Assembly (NCBI GenBank): GCA_964291655.2
Contig: OZ219802.1
Location: 2,080,001-2,144,000 of the forward strand
Source: Chloroflexota bacterium
GTDB lineage: Bacteria > Chloroflexota > UBA11872 > VXOZ01
Direction: 5' to 3'
Length of the DNA stretch: 64,000 bases
Made by a program: the position numbers and the translations under genes. The notes beneath the pieces were generated by a model. It had not been told where the DNA came from and ran no database searches. It saw only the letters and a program-made list of their open reading frames with translations. This document shows positions 19,347 to 30,002 of the stretch, piece after piece. The stretch's first letter is position 1, and each line of letters starts with the position of its first letter.

Positions 19347-20473
19347 CAGCGGCCAGGCGCAAAGGGGCGCAGCGCGTCAAGGTAGGCTGTAACGTCCGCG
19401 CTGTCGTTGTAAAGGTGGAGAGACGCACGCACGCGTCCGTCGCCGCCCCACGTGTGGACGTTCCTTTCGATGAGGGCGTCGCGCACGGTGACGGCATCTT
19501 CCACAGCGATGGCAATATTCCCGGCGCGGCGAACTTTCTCCTGCGGCGTCATCACGGTCCACCCCTGACCCTGCAAGCCCTCGATGAGCTCATCGCCCAG
19601 CGCCTCCACATGCGCGCCGATGCGGACGGCGCCGAACTGCTGCAGGTAGCGCACACCGTTCTCCAGGGCGTAGATCGCTGCGTATGAGGGCATGCCGAGC
19701 TCGAAGCGCTCGGCGGTCGGCTTCCAGGTGATTCTCTCGAAGCGATCGTCACTGAGAAAGTCACTCACAGAGAACCAGCCCACCGCTCCCGGGGCGAAGT
19801 CCGGCAACCGCGCGCGGTTCCAGTAGAGCACGCCGCCGCCGTGGATGCCGAGCAGCCACTTATACGTGCTGGCGACCGCAAAGTCGAAATCACTCATGTC
19901 CACGGGCACGACGCCTAACGACTGTGTTACGTCCGCCAGCAGCAACGCACCATGGGCGTGGGCGGCCTCGGCAATAGGGTCAAGATCGAGCCGCAGTCCC
20001 GATAGGTAGCTCACGTGGCTAATCGCCACCAGGCGTGTGCGCTCATCGATCTGCGCAACCACTTCTTCAGGCGTAAACTGCCAGTCCCGGCTGCGCACCA
20101 GGCGCACCTCGATGCCGTGCTCTTTCATCTGAATCCACGGCAGCACGGTGCTGGGAAACTCCAGGTCATTGGTGACGATGTTGTCGCCGGGCGTGAAGTC
20201 GATGCCGCTGGCAATCAAGATGATGGCTTCCGAGGCACTGCCCACCAAGCCGACGTCGTCCGCCGTACAGCCCATGAGGCTCGCGAGTTGCTGCTTGCAC
20301 CGCTGTTCGGTGGCAATGTGCTCCGCCCGCCCGGCCTCGGCACGCGGGCGCTCGTGGAGATAGCGCTCCAACGCCTCGGTCTGCGACTTCAGCGGCGCCG
20401 ACTCCGCGCCGGTATAGAGATACGACGTGTCTTCCACACCTATGAAGTCTTGCTGCGGCGCGAGCGATTGCAT
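19346..20473 (-). CDS. class V PLP-dependent aminotransferase (cysteine desulfurase-like)
   Basis: DLEFPS, DVTQSLG, STYKWL, VRASLHLYN. Confidence 0.9.
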   Translation of the reverse strand: MQSLAPQQDFIGVEDTSYLYTGAESAPLKSQTEALERYLHERPRAEAGRAEHIATEQRCKQQLASLMGCTADDVGLVGSASEAIILIASGIDFTPGDNIVTNDLEFPSTVLPWIQMKEHGIEVRLVRSRDWQFTPEEVVAQIDERTRLVAISHVSYLSGLRLDLDPIAEAAHAHGALLLADVTQSLGVVPVDMSDFDFAVASTYKWLLGIHGGGVLYWNRARLPDFAPGAVGWFSVSDFLSDDRFERITWKPTAERFELGMPSYAAIYALENGVRYLQQFGAVRIGAHVEALGDELIEGLQGQGWTVMTPQEKVRRAGNIAIAVEDAVTVRDALIERNVHTWGGDGRVRASLHLYNDSADVTAYLDALRPFAPGR

Positions 20474-20686
20474 GTGTCAATTCCTTTCTCTAGACCCAAT
20501 TGGAAACTGTTTCAAGTATGTCCCCGTTTACGGAGACTTACTCGTACCCTTGATGTCTGCGACGTTTGGAAAGACAAGTGAACAGTCCCCTCGCTCCGGG
20601 CCCCTCGATCAGGCAGAGGGCGTGCTTATTGGCCGCTGGCCCCACTAACGCAAGGGTCCGGGGGTGAGTGCGCGCACGTCTGGGAT

Positions 20687-20714
20687 GTAGGGGCACGATA
20701 TATCGTGCCCCTAC
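20687..20714. repeat. GTAG-type palindromic REP
   Basis: Perfect palindrome GTAGGGGCACGATATATCGTGCCCCTAC; copies at 21810, 54608 and 60214. Confidence 0.85.
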
Positions 20715-20794
20715 GGGACTACCACCGCTTTCGGCGCTAGAAAATCGGACATTTCGCCAGTTACACCCTAAACGAACGTACGCGAGTGAGGCCG

Positions 20795-21673
20795 CTACCC
20801 GCCAAACCGAAACGACGGGACACCTTGATACGGCGTCTTGATGGAGAAAAGCCCGCCGGCGAGCGGTTCCCGCTCCAGCGCCGCGGCATCGAGTTCCTGG
20901 GCTGCGGAGGTTATGAAGAGGGTATCAAGCTCCGGTCCGCCGAAGGCGCACGCCGTGACTTGGGTGACGGGAAGGTCGATCTTCTCCAGCATTTCGCCGG
21001 AGTTTGGATCCCACCGGCTCACACACGAGCCGCCGTAATGAGCCACCCAGAGCATGCCGTCGCTATCGATGGCCATGCCGTCCGGCATCCCGGCATCTTC
21101 CGGCCAGTCAATGATCACCCGTTCGTTGCCAATGTCACCGGTCGCGTTGGCGTAGTTAAAGGCGCGCACATTCATGCGCAGGGTATCGATGTAGTACATC
21201 GTCGTGTGGTCGAGGCTCCAGATGATGCCGTTCGAGATGGCCACACCCCCGAATATCCTGTGGACGCTCATATCGGTATCGAGGCGGTAGAGGCTGCCGG
21301 AGTCCTTGGGATTCGCGTAGGCCATGCTGCCCGCCCAGAAGCGGCCTCCCGGATCGCACTTGCCGTCGTTGAAGCGATTGCCGGGAATGTGCGCTTCCGG
21401 CGTGGCAACCAGCGTGAGCTCTTGGCTCTCCAGGTCGAAAGACGCAAAGCCGTCCGGTACCGCCAGCATCAGCCCGCCGGACGCGCGCGTCACCACGGTA
21501 CCTACGTGCTGTCCCACATCATTGGAGTGGTTTTCGCCCGTGGCCGGATCGTAGATGAAGAGCTTGGAGCTGAGTATATCCACCCAGTAGAGCACCTGCT
21601 CTTCCTCATCCCACAGCGGTCCCTCACCCACCAGGGCGCGCGCATCCACCAAGAGTTCTAGAGCGGCATCCAC
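20795..21673 (-). CDS. SMP-30/gluconolactonase/LRE family protein
   Basis: GEGPLWD, RFNDGKCD, SNG, PDGM, TACAFGG. Confidence 0.92.
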   Translation of the reverse strand: MDAALELLVDARALVGEGPLWDEEEQVLYWVDILSSKLFIYDPATGENHSNDVGQHVGTVVTRASGGLMLAVPDGFASFDLESQELTLVATPEAHIPGNRFNDGKCDPGGRFWAGSMAYANPKDSGSLYRLDTDMSVHRIFGGVAISNGIIWSLDHTTMYYIDTLRMNVRAFNYANATGDIGNERVIIDWPEDAGMPDGMAIDSDGMLWVAHYGGSCVSRWDPNSGEMLEKIDLPVTQVTACAFGGPELDTLFITSAAQELDAAALEREPLAGGLFSIKTPYQGVPSFRFGG

Positions 21674-21979
21674 GATTCAATCTCTCCCTTGCGTTTCTCA
21701 AGCATTGCTTAGCCGGCATTCACCTCTGATGATAGACTCTTTGCCTCTGCTGTGGCGAACCCCGGCCCTGTCGCAATCATCACGGATGTCCGCCGGACCC
21801 GCATTGGGCGTAGGGGCACGAAATATCGTACCCCTACGTGGGCGACTAATGGATGTGCACCACATCCTGCATGGTTTGTGCACTGTTGTTGCCGCGGCAA
21901 TCGCTTGTGTTTCGCCGATACGGCTTCTATCATGGTGCGAAAGCAGCACCTGACAAAACCAGCCACATTGGAGGACTTG

Positions 21980-22963
21980 ATGTCTGCCTCGAATAAAGTA
22001 CGCATCTGCATGATCGGCGCGGGCAGTCTCGCCAACGTCATGCACTATCCGTCGCTTACGGAGATGGAAGACGTGGAGATTGCCGGCACGTGCGATCTCG
22101 ACGCCGAGCGGCTGAAAAATACGGCGGCCCGTTTCAGCATCGCCAACACCTACTCCGACTATCGCGAGATGCTCGACAAGGAAAAGCCGGACGGCGTTTA
22201 CTGCCTCATGCCGCCGCACCATCTTTACGACATCTCGATAAACGTCCTGCAGCGCGGTCACCACCTCTTCGTGGAGAAGCCGCCAGGACTCAACGCGTTC
22301 CAGACCAGCAGCATGGCCAAGACCGCCGCCAAGTACGGCGCGCTCACCATGACGGCCTTCAATCGCCGCTTCATCCCGCTCATGCGCGAAGTGCGGGCCC
22401 AGGTGGAAGCTCGCGGGCCGATCATCCAATTCCAGTCGGTCTTTCTCAAGCACCAGTTCACGACGCCGGGCGACCTCCCCTACTACGGCGGCGCGACTGA
22501 CATTCTCAGTTGCGACGCGGTCCATGCGGTCGACGTTTGCCGCTGGCTGGGCGGCAGCGACGTGGCGGCGGTGGCCAGCGACGTGCGTGAGGTGTATGCC
22601 GATTACCCCAACGTCTTCAACGCGCTCATCAAGTTTGAAAACGGCTGCGCCGGATTCCTGCAGGCAAATTGGGTTGCCGGTACGCGGCGGCACATCTTCG
22701 AGATCCACGGCAAGGGCATCACCGCCTATGTCGACCCGGATGACACGGCCAGAGTCTATACGGACGGCAACGACGAGCCGACGGTGCTGGACGTCAACAC
22801 GGTCGCGGGCAGCGACGCGCGCCACCGTGCCTATGGCTTCTTTGGCGAGAGCCGCCACTTCATCGATTGCATCAAGACCGGCCGCCAGCCTGACACAAAC
22901 TTCACCGACGCTACCAAGACTATGGAACTCGTCGACTCCATCTATCACTCGGTACTGGAGTAA
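21980..22963 (+). CDS. Gfo/Idh/MocA oxidoreductase
   Basis: IGAG, VEKP, AFNRRF, DAVHAVD; GGAGG SD before ATG 21980. Confidence 0.9.
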   Translation: MSASNKVRICMIGAGSLANVMHYPSLTEMEDVEIAGTCDLDAERLKNTAARFSIANTYSDYREMLDKEKPDGVYCLMPPHHLYDISINVLQRGHHLFVEKPPGLNAFQTSSMAKTAAKYGALTMTAFNRRFIPLMREVRAQVEARGPIIQFQSVFLKHQFTTPGDLPYYGGATDILSCDAVHAVDVCRWLGGSDVAAVASDVREVYADYPNVFNALIKFENGCAGFLQANWVAGTRRHIFEIHGKGITAYVDPDDTARVYTDGNDEPTVLDVNTVAGSDARHRAYGFFGESRHFIDCIKTGRQPDTNFTDATKTMELVDSIYHSVLE

Positions 22964-23126
22964 CGCTTCCGCAGGGCCGCAGGTACGTCACGCCTCGTGG
23001 TCCAACTATTACGGATCGATGGGTAGCGCAGGTTCGCGCGTCCCGTGCGCGCAACCTGCGCGGACTTGCCGTGTTGCCGGGCAACGTCCTACGCAAAACT
23101 GGCAAAACGGAGTGAAAGAGATACGC

Positions 23127-23858
23127 ATGTCCAAGAACTTCCTTAAGTGGGCGGCGGTGCTGCTGATCGTCATGTGGCTGGCGGTCGGCTGTGGAAACGG
23201 CGACGGCGCCGCTACAACCGCCTCAAGTCCGGAAGCAGCTGCCCCGGAAGAGTCCTCCGGCCAGACCACAACGTCAGAATTCAAAGCTGAGGTGTGGGCA
23301 GATAATTGGTTTGCGCTCTACGTCAACGGGGAACTGGTCGGCGAGGATTCAACCCCCATAACGACGGAGCGGTCCTTCAACGCCGAGACTATCACCTTCA
23401 CCGCCGCGTATCCCCTGACCATCGCCATCGAAGCCAAGGACTTCAAGGAGACTGATTCGGGGCTGGAATACATCGGCGAGCGCAACCAGCAGATGGGCGA
23501 CGGCGGCATCATAGCGCAAATCACCGACCTGAGCACCGGCAATGTCGTGGCCGTCACCAATAGCGGCTGGAAAGTGCTGGTTATCCATCGCGCCCCTTTG
23601 AACCCCGAGTGCGAGCAAGCGGCAAACCCGGACACCGCCTGCCGTTTTGAGAAGTCAGAAGCCCCTCCCGGCTGGACCAGCGCCGACTTTGCCGCCGACC
23701 AGTGGGATTCCGCCACCGAGTGGTCGGAGGCCGCCGTGCGCCCCCGAGACGGCTACAACCGGATCCAATGGGACAGTTCCGCCCGCCTCATCTGGGGCAG
23801 CGACCTTGAAATAGACAACACAATCCTCCTGCGCCTGACCGTGGCTGCTCCTTCCTGA
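23127..23858 (+). CDS. lipoprotein with beta-sandwich/lectin-like domain
   Basis: Signal peptide with LAVGC lipobox; WADNWFALYVNG; Trp-rich. Confidence 0.7.
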   Translation: MSKNFLKWAAVLLIVMWLAVGCGNGDGAATTASSPEAAAPEESSGQTTTSEFKAEVWADNWFALYVNGELVGEDSTPITTERSFNAETITFTAAYPLTIAIEAKDFKETDSGLEYIGERNQQMGDGGIIAQITDLSTGNVVAVTNSGWKVLVIHRAPLNPECEQAANPDTACRFEKSEAPPGWTSADFAADQWDSATEWSEAAVRPRDGYNRIQWDSSARLIWGSDLEIDNTILLRLTVAAPS

Positions 23859-24549
23859 CGGTCCGGCCGGTATGGCTATGTGAATTCACATAGAGTGTCC
23901 TCGGGTAACGATTCTTGATACCACGTCTTCTCGATAAGTTGCCTAAAGACCGGCCTAAGACTGACCGACCACTCTCGTGTCTGAACGGCCCTGAGACGGA
24001 TTAACTCCCAAGTTGGCGAACTTCGTATTGCCCAGGCTTGCAGGCGAGGAGACACCCTTTCCACCATTTCGTAACACCGTCATTCCGGCGCAAGCCGGAA
24101 TCCAGAGCGCCTTTACAACTAAAGACAGCTGATGTCAAGTAATTTCGCCCCCATCCTAACCTTCCCCCTCAAAGGTGAAGGGCTATGCAAAGGTCTCCTC
24201 GGTGAGAGGGCTGGGGTGAGGGGAAATGGACGCCAAAGCGGCTCGCCTACGATCTCCCGGCACAGTTGCGGAGAAGTCTCCAGAAGTTGTGATCGTGACA
24301 TTGCGGAGAAGAAGGAGCGACCGATGGCAAGGCCGCAGCAGCAATAAGAGAAACCGGCAGCTTAGACAGCTCTCCATCTAGCAAGATTTCTTGCCTCTCC
24401 TTGCCGGCAATAGCGCCAATAAACCGAAAGTCGCCGTCAGCGACTCTGCGACAAATGACAACTGGGCTTGGCCCTCTTGAAAACCGCTCCTGGGACACGT
24501 ATACTTGTAGAGATTATACGTATACTAACTAGGAAGGTGGCAAGCCACG

Positions 24550-24777
24550 ATGAAACAGAAGCTCACCATTACAGTGGATGCCGACCTCTTGCCGGCGGCC
24601 AAGCGGTACGCTCGTTCTCGTGGCGTGTCCCTTTCGTCGCTGATCGAGCAGTCCCTCAGGGCAATGGCAGGTGAGGAATCGCCGTCATTCTCCGAGCGAT
24701 GGCGCGGCAAGTTTCAGGCGGCGGAGCGTGATGACGACCCGCGCTACGCTGCGCTGGCCGAAAAATTCCTCCGGTGA
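24550..24777 (+). CDS. RHH-type antitoxin (DUF6364-like)
   Basis: KLTITVD...AKRYARSRGVSLSSLIE; GTGA overlap with the PIN gene. Confidence 0.8.
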   Translation: MKQKLTITVDADLLPAAKRYARSRGVSLSSLIEQSLRAMAGEESPSFSERWRGKFQAAERDDDPRYAALAEKFLR

Positions 24778-25181
24778 TACTTCTCGACACCGACGTGCTC
24801 ATAGACGTCGCCCTGGACAGGCGCCCTCACGCCGACCCTGCAGCGAAGCTTCTCGACCGGATCGAGCATGGCGCTGAGGCGGCCTTTGTCGCATGGCACT
24901 CTCTCTCGAACCTCTATTACCTGGTGGCTCCAGCGCTGGGAGACGTGAGCACGCGCGACTTCATCGTCGAGCTTACGCGCTTCGTGGCGGTAGCTACGAC
25001 CGACACCGCAAGCATCCGCTACGCCGCCCAGCTGCCCATGGCTGACTTCGAGGACGCCATGCAGGTGGCTGCTGCCCGCGCCTGCGGGGCCAGACACATT
25101 GTCACGCGGAACGTGAAAGACTACGCACGCTCTCCCATTCGTGCGGTCGCTCCCCACGATGCGCTCGGAGAGTTGTTCTGA
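24774..25181 (+). CDS. vapC: PIN-domain toxin
   Basis: LLDTDVLID, DFEDAMQ, IVTRNVKDY. Confidence 0.88.
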   Translation: MILLDTDVLIDVALDRRPHADPAAKLLDRIEHGAEAAFVAWHSLSNLYYLVAPALGDVSTRDFIVELTRFVAVATTDTASIRYAAQLPMADFEDAMQVAAARACGARHIVTRNVKDYARSPIRAVAPHDALGELF

Positions 25182-25445
25182 CATCCAGTCAGTCGGTCCC
25201 AATTACATCCTGCGTGCTCACATTCGCCTCGCCGGCCGCAATCGATATAGCTTGAGACCGGTGCCAAAGCGCTCCAATCAATATGCTATGCTAAGGGTGC
25301 CGATCGATCTCCGCGCGAAAAGCTCAGGCACGCTTTGCGGTTTGTTGAATGTCCAGTCTAATTCCTGCAATTGACGCCAGTCCGCGTCTCGCCAATTGGC
25401 AATGGATCCGCAACGGCGTGAGCACAGAGAGGCAGAGGAAATTCC

Positions 25446-26375
25446 ATGGAACGTATCTGGCTGCGGTGGTGGGGGTGTGGGGCGTTTGACGTGCGCTTTG
25501 GCGACGTGAATATCGCCTTCGATCCGTATCTCTTTGGGGAGAACCTGGACAACGCCCAGCCGATTTACGACTACATCTTCATCAGTCACGAGCACTTTGA
25601 CCACTGCCATCCCAAGACGCTGCACAAGCTCTGTCAGGGCGAGCGGTTCAAGCGGCTGTTCGTGCCGCCGGGCGCCTTGTGGCCGGACGAGCCCATTGAC
25701 GAAAAGTACGGGGACGCGGCGTTTTCGCGCGATCTGCCCATCACCAAGCACGTGGCGGCCGACAAGATACAGGTGATGTATCCCAAGCACCAGAACGAAC
25801 TGCAGCGGGGCAGGCCGTGGGCGGGTACCGTGCACGAACGGGAGTTCCCCGGACCGGACGAGCTGGACCTGGGCTCGCTGCACGTGGAGACTATCGAAAG
25901 CGGGGAAAACCAGCGGCCCGATCTACCCAACCTCGGTTTTCTCGTGACGCACAAGGCCTTGAATGTCTCGTTCTTACATATTGGCGACGCCTGGGCGGCA
26001 TATCCCGCCATGCAGGCCTTGCGCGGACGGGTGGACTTTGCCATTCACATGAAACTCGGCCTGACGCCGACAACCTCTGACAACCAAACGACTGAACTCG
26101 AGGACTTCGTGGACTACATCCGGCCGCATGCCCTGATCCCGGTGCACTATCGCACCGACCGCAAGTCGGACCCCGTGCCGGAAGGGCATTGGCCGCCGAA
26201 CGCGAGCGACGTGGGCGCATTCATCGAGTACTATCGTGAGAAGGTTGGCGCGCAGACGCGGGTGCTGCCGTTTACGGCGGGCATCGAGTATGCGGTCACG
26301 CTGCCGGAGAAGCAGGTGGAGTGGCAGTGGGAGTGGGTGAATACGTGGGACGTGCCGCCGTGGCGTGAAGGGTAG
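25446..26375 (+). CDS. MBL-fold metallo-hydrolase (UlaG-like)
   Basis: FDPY, SHEHFDH, HIGD, IPVHY. Confidence 0.85.
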   Translation: MERIWLRWWGCGAFDVRFGDVNIAFDPYLFGENLDNAQPIYDYIFISHEHFDHCHPKTLHKLCQGERFKRLFVPPGALWPDEPIDEKYGDAAFSRDLPITKHVAADKIQVMYPKHQNELQRGRPWAGTVHEREFPGPDELDLGSLHVETIESGENQRPDLPNLGFLVTHKALNVSFLHIGDAWAAYPAMQALRGRVDFAIHMKLGLTPTTSDNQTTELEDFVDYIRPHALIPVHYRTDRKSDPVPEGHWPPNASDVGAFIEYYREKVGAQTRVLPFTAGIEYAVTLPEKQVEWQWEWVNTWDVPPWREG

Positions 26376-26410
26376 CCGGACAACGGATGCTTGCTGTGAC
26401 CTATGCTGTT

Positions 26411-26426
26411 TGTTTCACGTGAAACA
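26411..26426. promoter_or_regulatory. parS site
   Basis: Perfect TGTTTCACGTGAAACA. Confidence 0.92.
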
Positions 26427-26523
26427 TCCCGCGGCACTGCACGCAGCAGCCAAGCGAGACTCCGGCAAACCCAGCGTGACTGTCTTGTGCGCTTGCCGAG
26501 TCCACCGCGCCGGCCCGGCAGTA

Positions 26524-26539
26524 TGTTTCACGTGAAACA
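26524..26539. promoter_or_regulatory. parS site
   Basis: Perfect TGTTTCACGTGAAACA. Confidence 0.92.
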
Positions 26540-26693
26540 ATCGCCTGGACCGCCGCATCGCTGCTACAAGGACATGCCGAGTAGTTCACAAAGCGGGTTC
26601 CCCCCAGTTCGCTGCGCTGCCGCGCGGCCCGGGCTCGCCGTTTCACCTGATTTGACCGGCCTGCACGTCTGCTAGTGGGCCAAAGGACGCACC

Positions 26694-28010
26694 GTGTATC
26701 TCACCGCGCTCTCCCTTACGAACTTTCGCAACTATCGCGCCGTCGAACTTCCCCTCGCCCAGGGATTGACGATCTTTGCCGGACCGAACGGCGCAGGGAA
26801 GTCGAATATCCTCGAGGCCATCCACTGCCTGGCAACCGGCCGCTCCTACCGCGCCCGCTCCGATACTGAATTGCGCAGCTTTGCGCCCGATCCGGAGCGT
26901 CCCTACACGCGCGTAGCCGGCGACGTGGCCGCCGGCGATCTCACGACCACGCTGGAAGTCATCTGGGCTGCCGAACAGGACCAAGCGGCCGGCTTTAGCA
27001 AGCGCATCCGCATCGGCGGCGCGCCTCGCCGCGCCTCCAGCCTGCTGCAGCACCTGCACGTGGTGCTGTTTACGCCCCACGACATCGGCCTGGTGGACGG
27101 CGCGCCGAGCATCCGCCGCCGGTATCTCGACTACTTGCTCAGCCGCATCGATCCGAGCTATCTCCGCACACTGCAAGGCTATGAGCACGTCATGGCAGAG
27201 CGCAACGCCTTGCTGCGCGCGCTGCGGGAGGGAGCAACCCGCGACCGGCGGCAACTGGAAGCCTGGACTCAAGAGCTTACCGCCTTGGGGGCAACGCTCA
27301 TGGCATTGCGTACGGTCTACACGGCCCATGTGGCGGAACCCTTGGCGGCTTACTTCGCGTCGCTGACGGGTCTTGGCGGCGAACGGAGCCCCTCAGGCTC
27401 TGGAGCAGAATACGCCGGCGCCGGGCGGTCTTTGCAAGGCCCGGAGGTACAACCGGACGCAGCAGAAGGAGACCCATGTAAGGCTGCAGGTGACCTCCGC
27501 GCCGCGAGCTTGCAATTGCGCTACGAATCTACGGTGCCGCTGCCGTCAGGGCTCCCGCATTGCGACGAACTCCGTATCAGCGCGCTGCCTCAGGCGTGGC
27601 TCACTGAGATTCAGTTGGCCTTTGCCGCCGCCCTGTCCGAGCAGGCGCCCCGCGAACAGGCCCAGGCAGTAACGGTGGTGGGACCCCATCGCGACGACCT
27701 CACGTTCCTGCGCGGCGACCATCCCCTGGCGGCCTACGGTTCCCGCGGCGAACAACGGCTCGCTGCCCTTACCCTCAAGCTCACGGAAATAGCCCTGCTG
27801 CACGCGGAATCCGGCGAGTGGCCGGTGATTCTCCTTGATGACTTCCTCTCCGAACTCGATGCCCAACGCCGCCGGCACGTCCTCGCGTCACTGGCCCCCA
27901 ACGTCCAAGCCTTCGCCACCACCTCCGACCTCCAGCAATTTTCGCAGGACGTCGTGGATGGCGCCCACGTTTTGCGCGTCGGCGACGATTCTATTGTGCC
28001 CGCGCAGTAG
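26694..28010 (+). CDS. recF: DNA replication/repair protein RecF
   Basis: NFRNY, GPNGAGKSN, RRRYLD, GPHRDDL, GSRGEQR, LLDDFLSELD. Confidence 0.95.
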   Translation: MYLTALSLTNFRNYRAVELPLAQGLTIFAGPNGAGKSNILEAIHCLATGRSYRARSDTELRSFAPDPERPYTRVAGDVAAGDLTTTLEVIWAAEQDQAAGFSKRIRIGGAPRRASSLLQHLHVVLFTPHDIGLVDGAPSIRRRYLDYLLSRIDPSYLRTLQGYEHVMAERNALLRALREGATRDRRQLEAWTQELTALGATLMALRTVYTAHVAEPLAAYFASLTGLGGERSPSGSGAEYAGAGRSLQGPEVQPDAAEGDPCKAAGDLRAASLQLRYESTVPLPSGLPHCDELRISALPQAWLTEIQLAFAAALSEQAPREQAQAVTVVGPHRDDLTFLRGDHPLAAYGSRGEQRLAALTLKLTEIALLHAESGEWPVILLDDFLSELDAQRRRHVLASLAPNVQAFATTSDLQQFSQDVVDGAHVLRVGDDSIVPAQ

Positions 28011-28336
28011 GGCCCCCCGCAGACACCATCCCTCCTCCCACATTCCTTCACCACACCCGCCTATCCGGTTCGATCGGGTTACAGTGGGTTATATGGAGGT
28101 CTCCCCAGCGAACATGAGAGATTCTCGTGCCTCCGGGTGTGGGCAGACAACGGTCTCTTTGAGTGGCTGGGTTGTCCGAGCAGGCAGAACGTAACCTAAG
28201 TGTAATTGCCGATTCCGGGGATAGGGTGGGCCACGGCGAAGTCTCGTACGGGGCGCCTGCCGTGGACAGTGCGCCGCACAGTGTATAATCACTTCAAATC
28301 GAGCACGGATAGCGTTCACACAGAGAAGGAATACGC

Positions 28337-29500
28337 ATGGCAAGCAAGAAATTCACGGTTCACGCCGGCAATCATGATCGGAACGAGTGCCCGGTTTGGG
28401 CGGCCGCTGACGGGCTGGACCTCTCGGCAAGCTACAATGTGAGCGACGAAGAGACCGGCGCCGAATTGCCCGCGCAAGTGGTGCGGGGCTCCTCCGGCGC
28501 TCACCTCGTCTGGGTAGTGCCGTCCCTGGCCGCGGGCACATCACGTTCGTACACCGTGCGGGAAGGCACAGCGCCGGGCGGCGTGGCGGTGTCGGAGGGC
28601 GAGCACGGTGTGGACGTGCACATGAACGGCGCGCTCTTCACCTCCTATCGCTATGCGCCGCCGGTGGTGAAGCCCTATCTCTATCCGGTTATCGGTCCCA
28701 CCGGCGAGGGTATGACCCGCAACTACCCCATGATTCCCGACGTCCCGGGAGAAAAACACGATCATCCGCACCATAAGTCCATCTACGTCTCCCACGGCGA
28801 GGTGAGCGGCGCCGACGTGTGGAGCGAAGTGGAGGGTCACGGCTACCAGCGGCACGTGACATTCTTGCCTGCCTATGGCGACAGTGGCGAGCACGTGAGC
28901 GGCCCGGTGCTGGGCGCAATCCGCTCCCGCAACGACTGGACGGGGTCGGACGACCAAAAGGTGGTGGAAGACGAGCGGCGCTTTACGTTCTACCCCCTGG
29001 CCTCCGGCGCCCGTTTGATTGACGTGGACATCACGTTCCGCGCCACGGCGGGCCCGGCGCACTTTGGCGATACGAAAGAAGGCGGCATCATTTCGCTGCG
29101 GGTTGCCACCAGCATGGACGCCTCAGACGACGGCCGCATGGAGAACGCCGTTGGCGGCATCGGCGAAGCGGAATGCTGGGGCAAGCGCGCGCAGTGGCTC
29201 GACTATACGGGGCCGGTAAAGGGCGAGACCTTGGGGTTTGCCGTCTACGACCATCCCACCAGCTTCCGGCATCCGACGTACTGGCACGCGCGCAACTACG
29301 GGCTCTTTACCGCCAATCCGTTTGGCCTGCACGACTTCTACGCCAACCCTGGCATAGACGGCAGCCACGTGCTGCCCGAGGGCGGTCTGCTGCGCTTCAA
29401 GTACCGCATCTACGTCCATGCCAGTGACACCGCTACCGCCCAGGTCGCGCAACGCTATCACGACTACATCACCCCGCCGGAGGTTGCTTTAGCGGAGTGA
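28337..29500 (+). CDS. DUF6807/'PmoA family' galactose-mutarotase-like protein (not methane monooxygenase)
   Basis: KPYLYPV, DHPHH, FGDTKEG, WHARNYGLFTANPF. Confidence 0.8.
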   Translation: MASKKFTVHAGNHDRNECPVWAAADGLDLSASYNVSDEETGAELPAQVVRGSSGAHLVWVVPSLAAGTSRSYTVREGTAPGGVAVSEGEHGVDVHMNGALFTSYRYAPPVVKPYLYPVIGPTGEGMTRNYPMIPDVPGEKHDHPHHKSIYVSHGEVSGADVWSEVEGHGYQRHVTFLPAYGDSGEHVSGPVLGAIRSRNDWTGSDDQKVVEDERRFTFYPLASGARLIDVDITFRATAGPAHFGDTKEGGIISLRVATSMDASDDGRMENAVGGIGEAECWGKRAQWLDYTGPVKGETLGFAVYDHPTSFRHPTYWHARNYGLFTANPFGLHDFYANPGIDGSHVLPEGGLLRFKYRIYVHASDTATAQVAQRYHDYITPPEVALAE

Positions 29501-29519
29501 GTCTGAAGTGTCTGGGACG

Positions 29520-29941
29520 TTTGGATCTTTATAGCTTTGCCCGCGGTGCCGTGGCTGGCACGTCGGCTTGGCGACGGCAGGATGAGTTTGCTGGCCTTTG
29601 CGGCCATGGGTGTGGTGTCAGGACTGCTCGCCATCGTGGGGCTGCAATGGCCGGCGCTCGTCATTGCCGCTTTTTTCGGTGTGTTCACCGCCGGCATGCT
29701 GCCCTTGCACAGTGTTGTGCAAGCGGAGACCCCCGACTTCTTGCGCGGACGGGTACTAGCCAACCTTACAATGATTAAGATGCTAGTTATGGCCGGTTCC
29801 GCGACCTTGCTGCAGGCCCTCATCGAACTCACGAGCGCCACCCCGGTATTCCTTGCGACCGGACTTGCCATCCTGGTCTCTGGGGTTGTTCTCCTCTTCT
29901 TCAGAGAGCTAAGGGAAGTCCGGCTTGCCGCGCCCTCGTGA
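29520..29941 (+). pseudogene. C-terminal fragment of an MFS transporter
   Basis: VQAETPDFLRGRV motif; only about 4 TMs; no room for the N-terminal half after the upstream stop at 29500. Confidence 0.65.
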
Positions 29942-30002
29942 GCATGTTCGGGTTGACAGGACCTGGAATTCAACATGGCGAGGCTGTCCGCCAAGACCAG
30001 AT

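Noticed and set aside
26376-26693. oriC
   Set aside because: I saw no DnaA-box cluster or AT-rich unwinding element; only parS sites.
28337-29500. Particulate methane monooxygenase
   Set aside because: The 'PmoA family' label is a misnomer for this soluble beta-rich protein; there are no TMs and no pmoCB.
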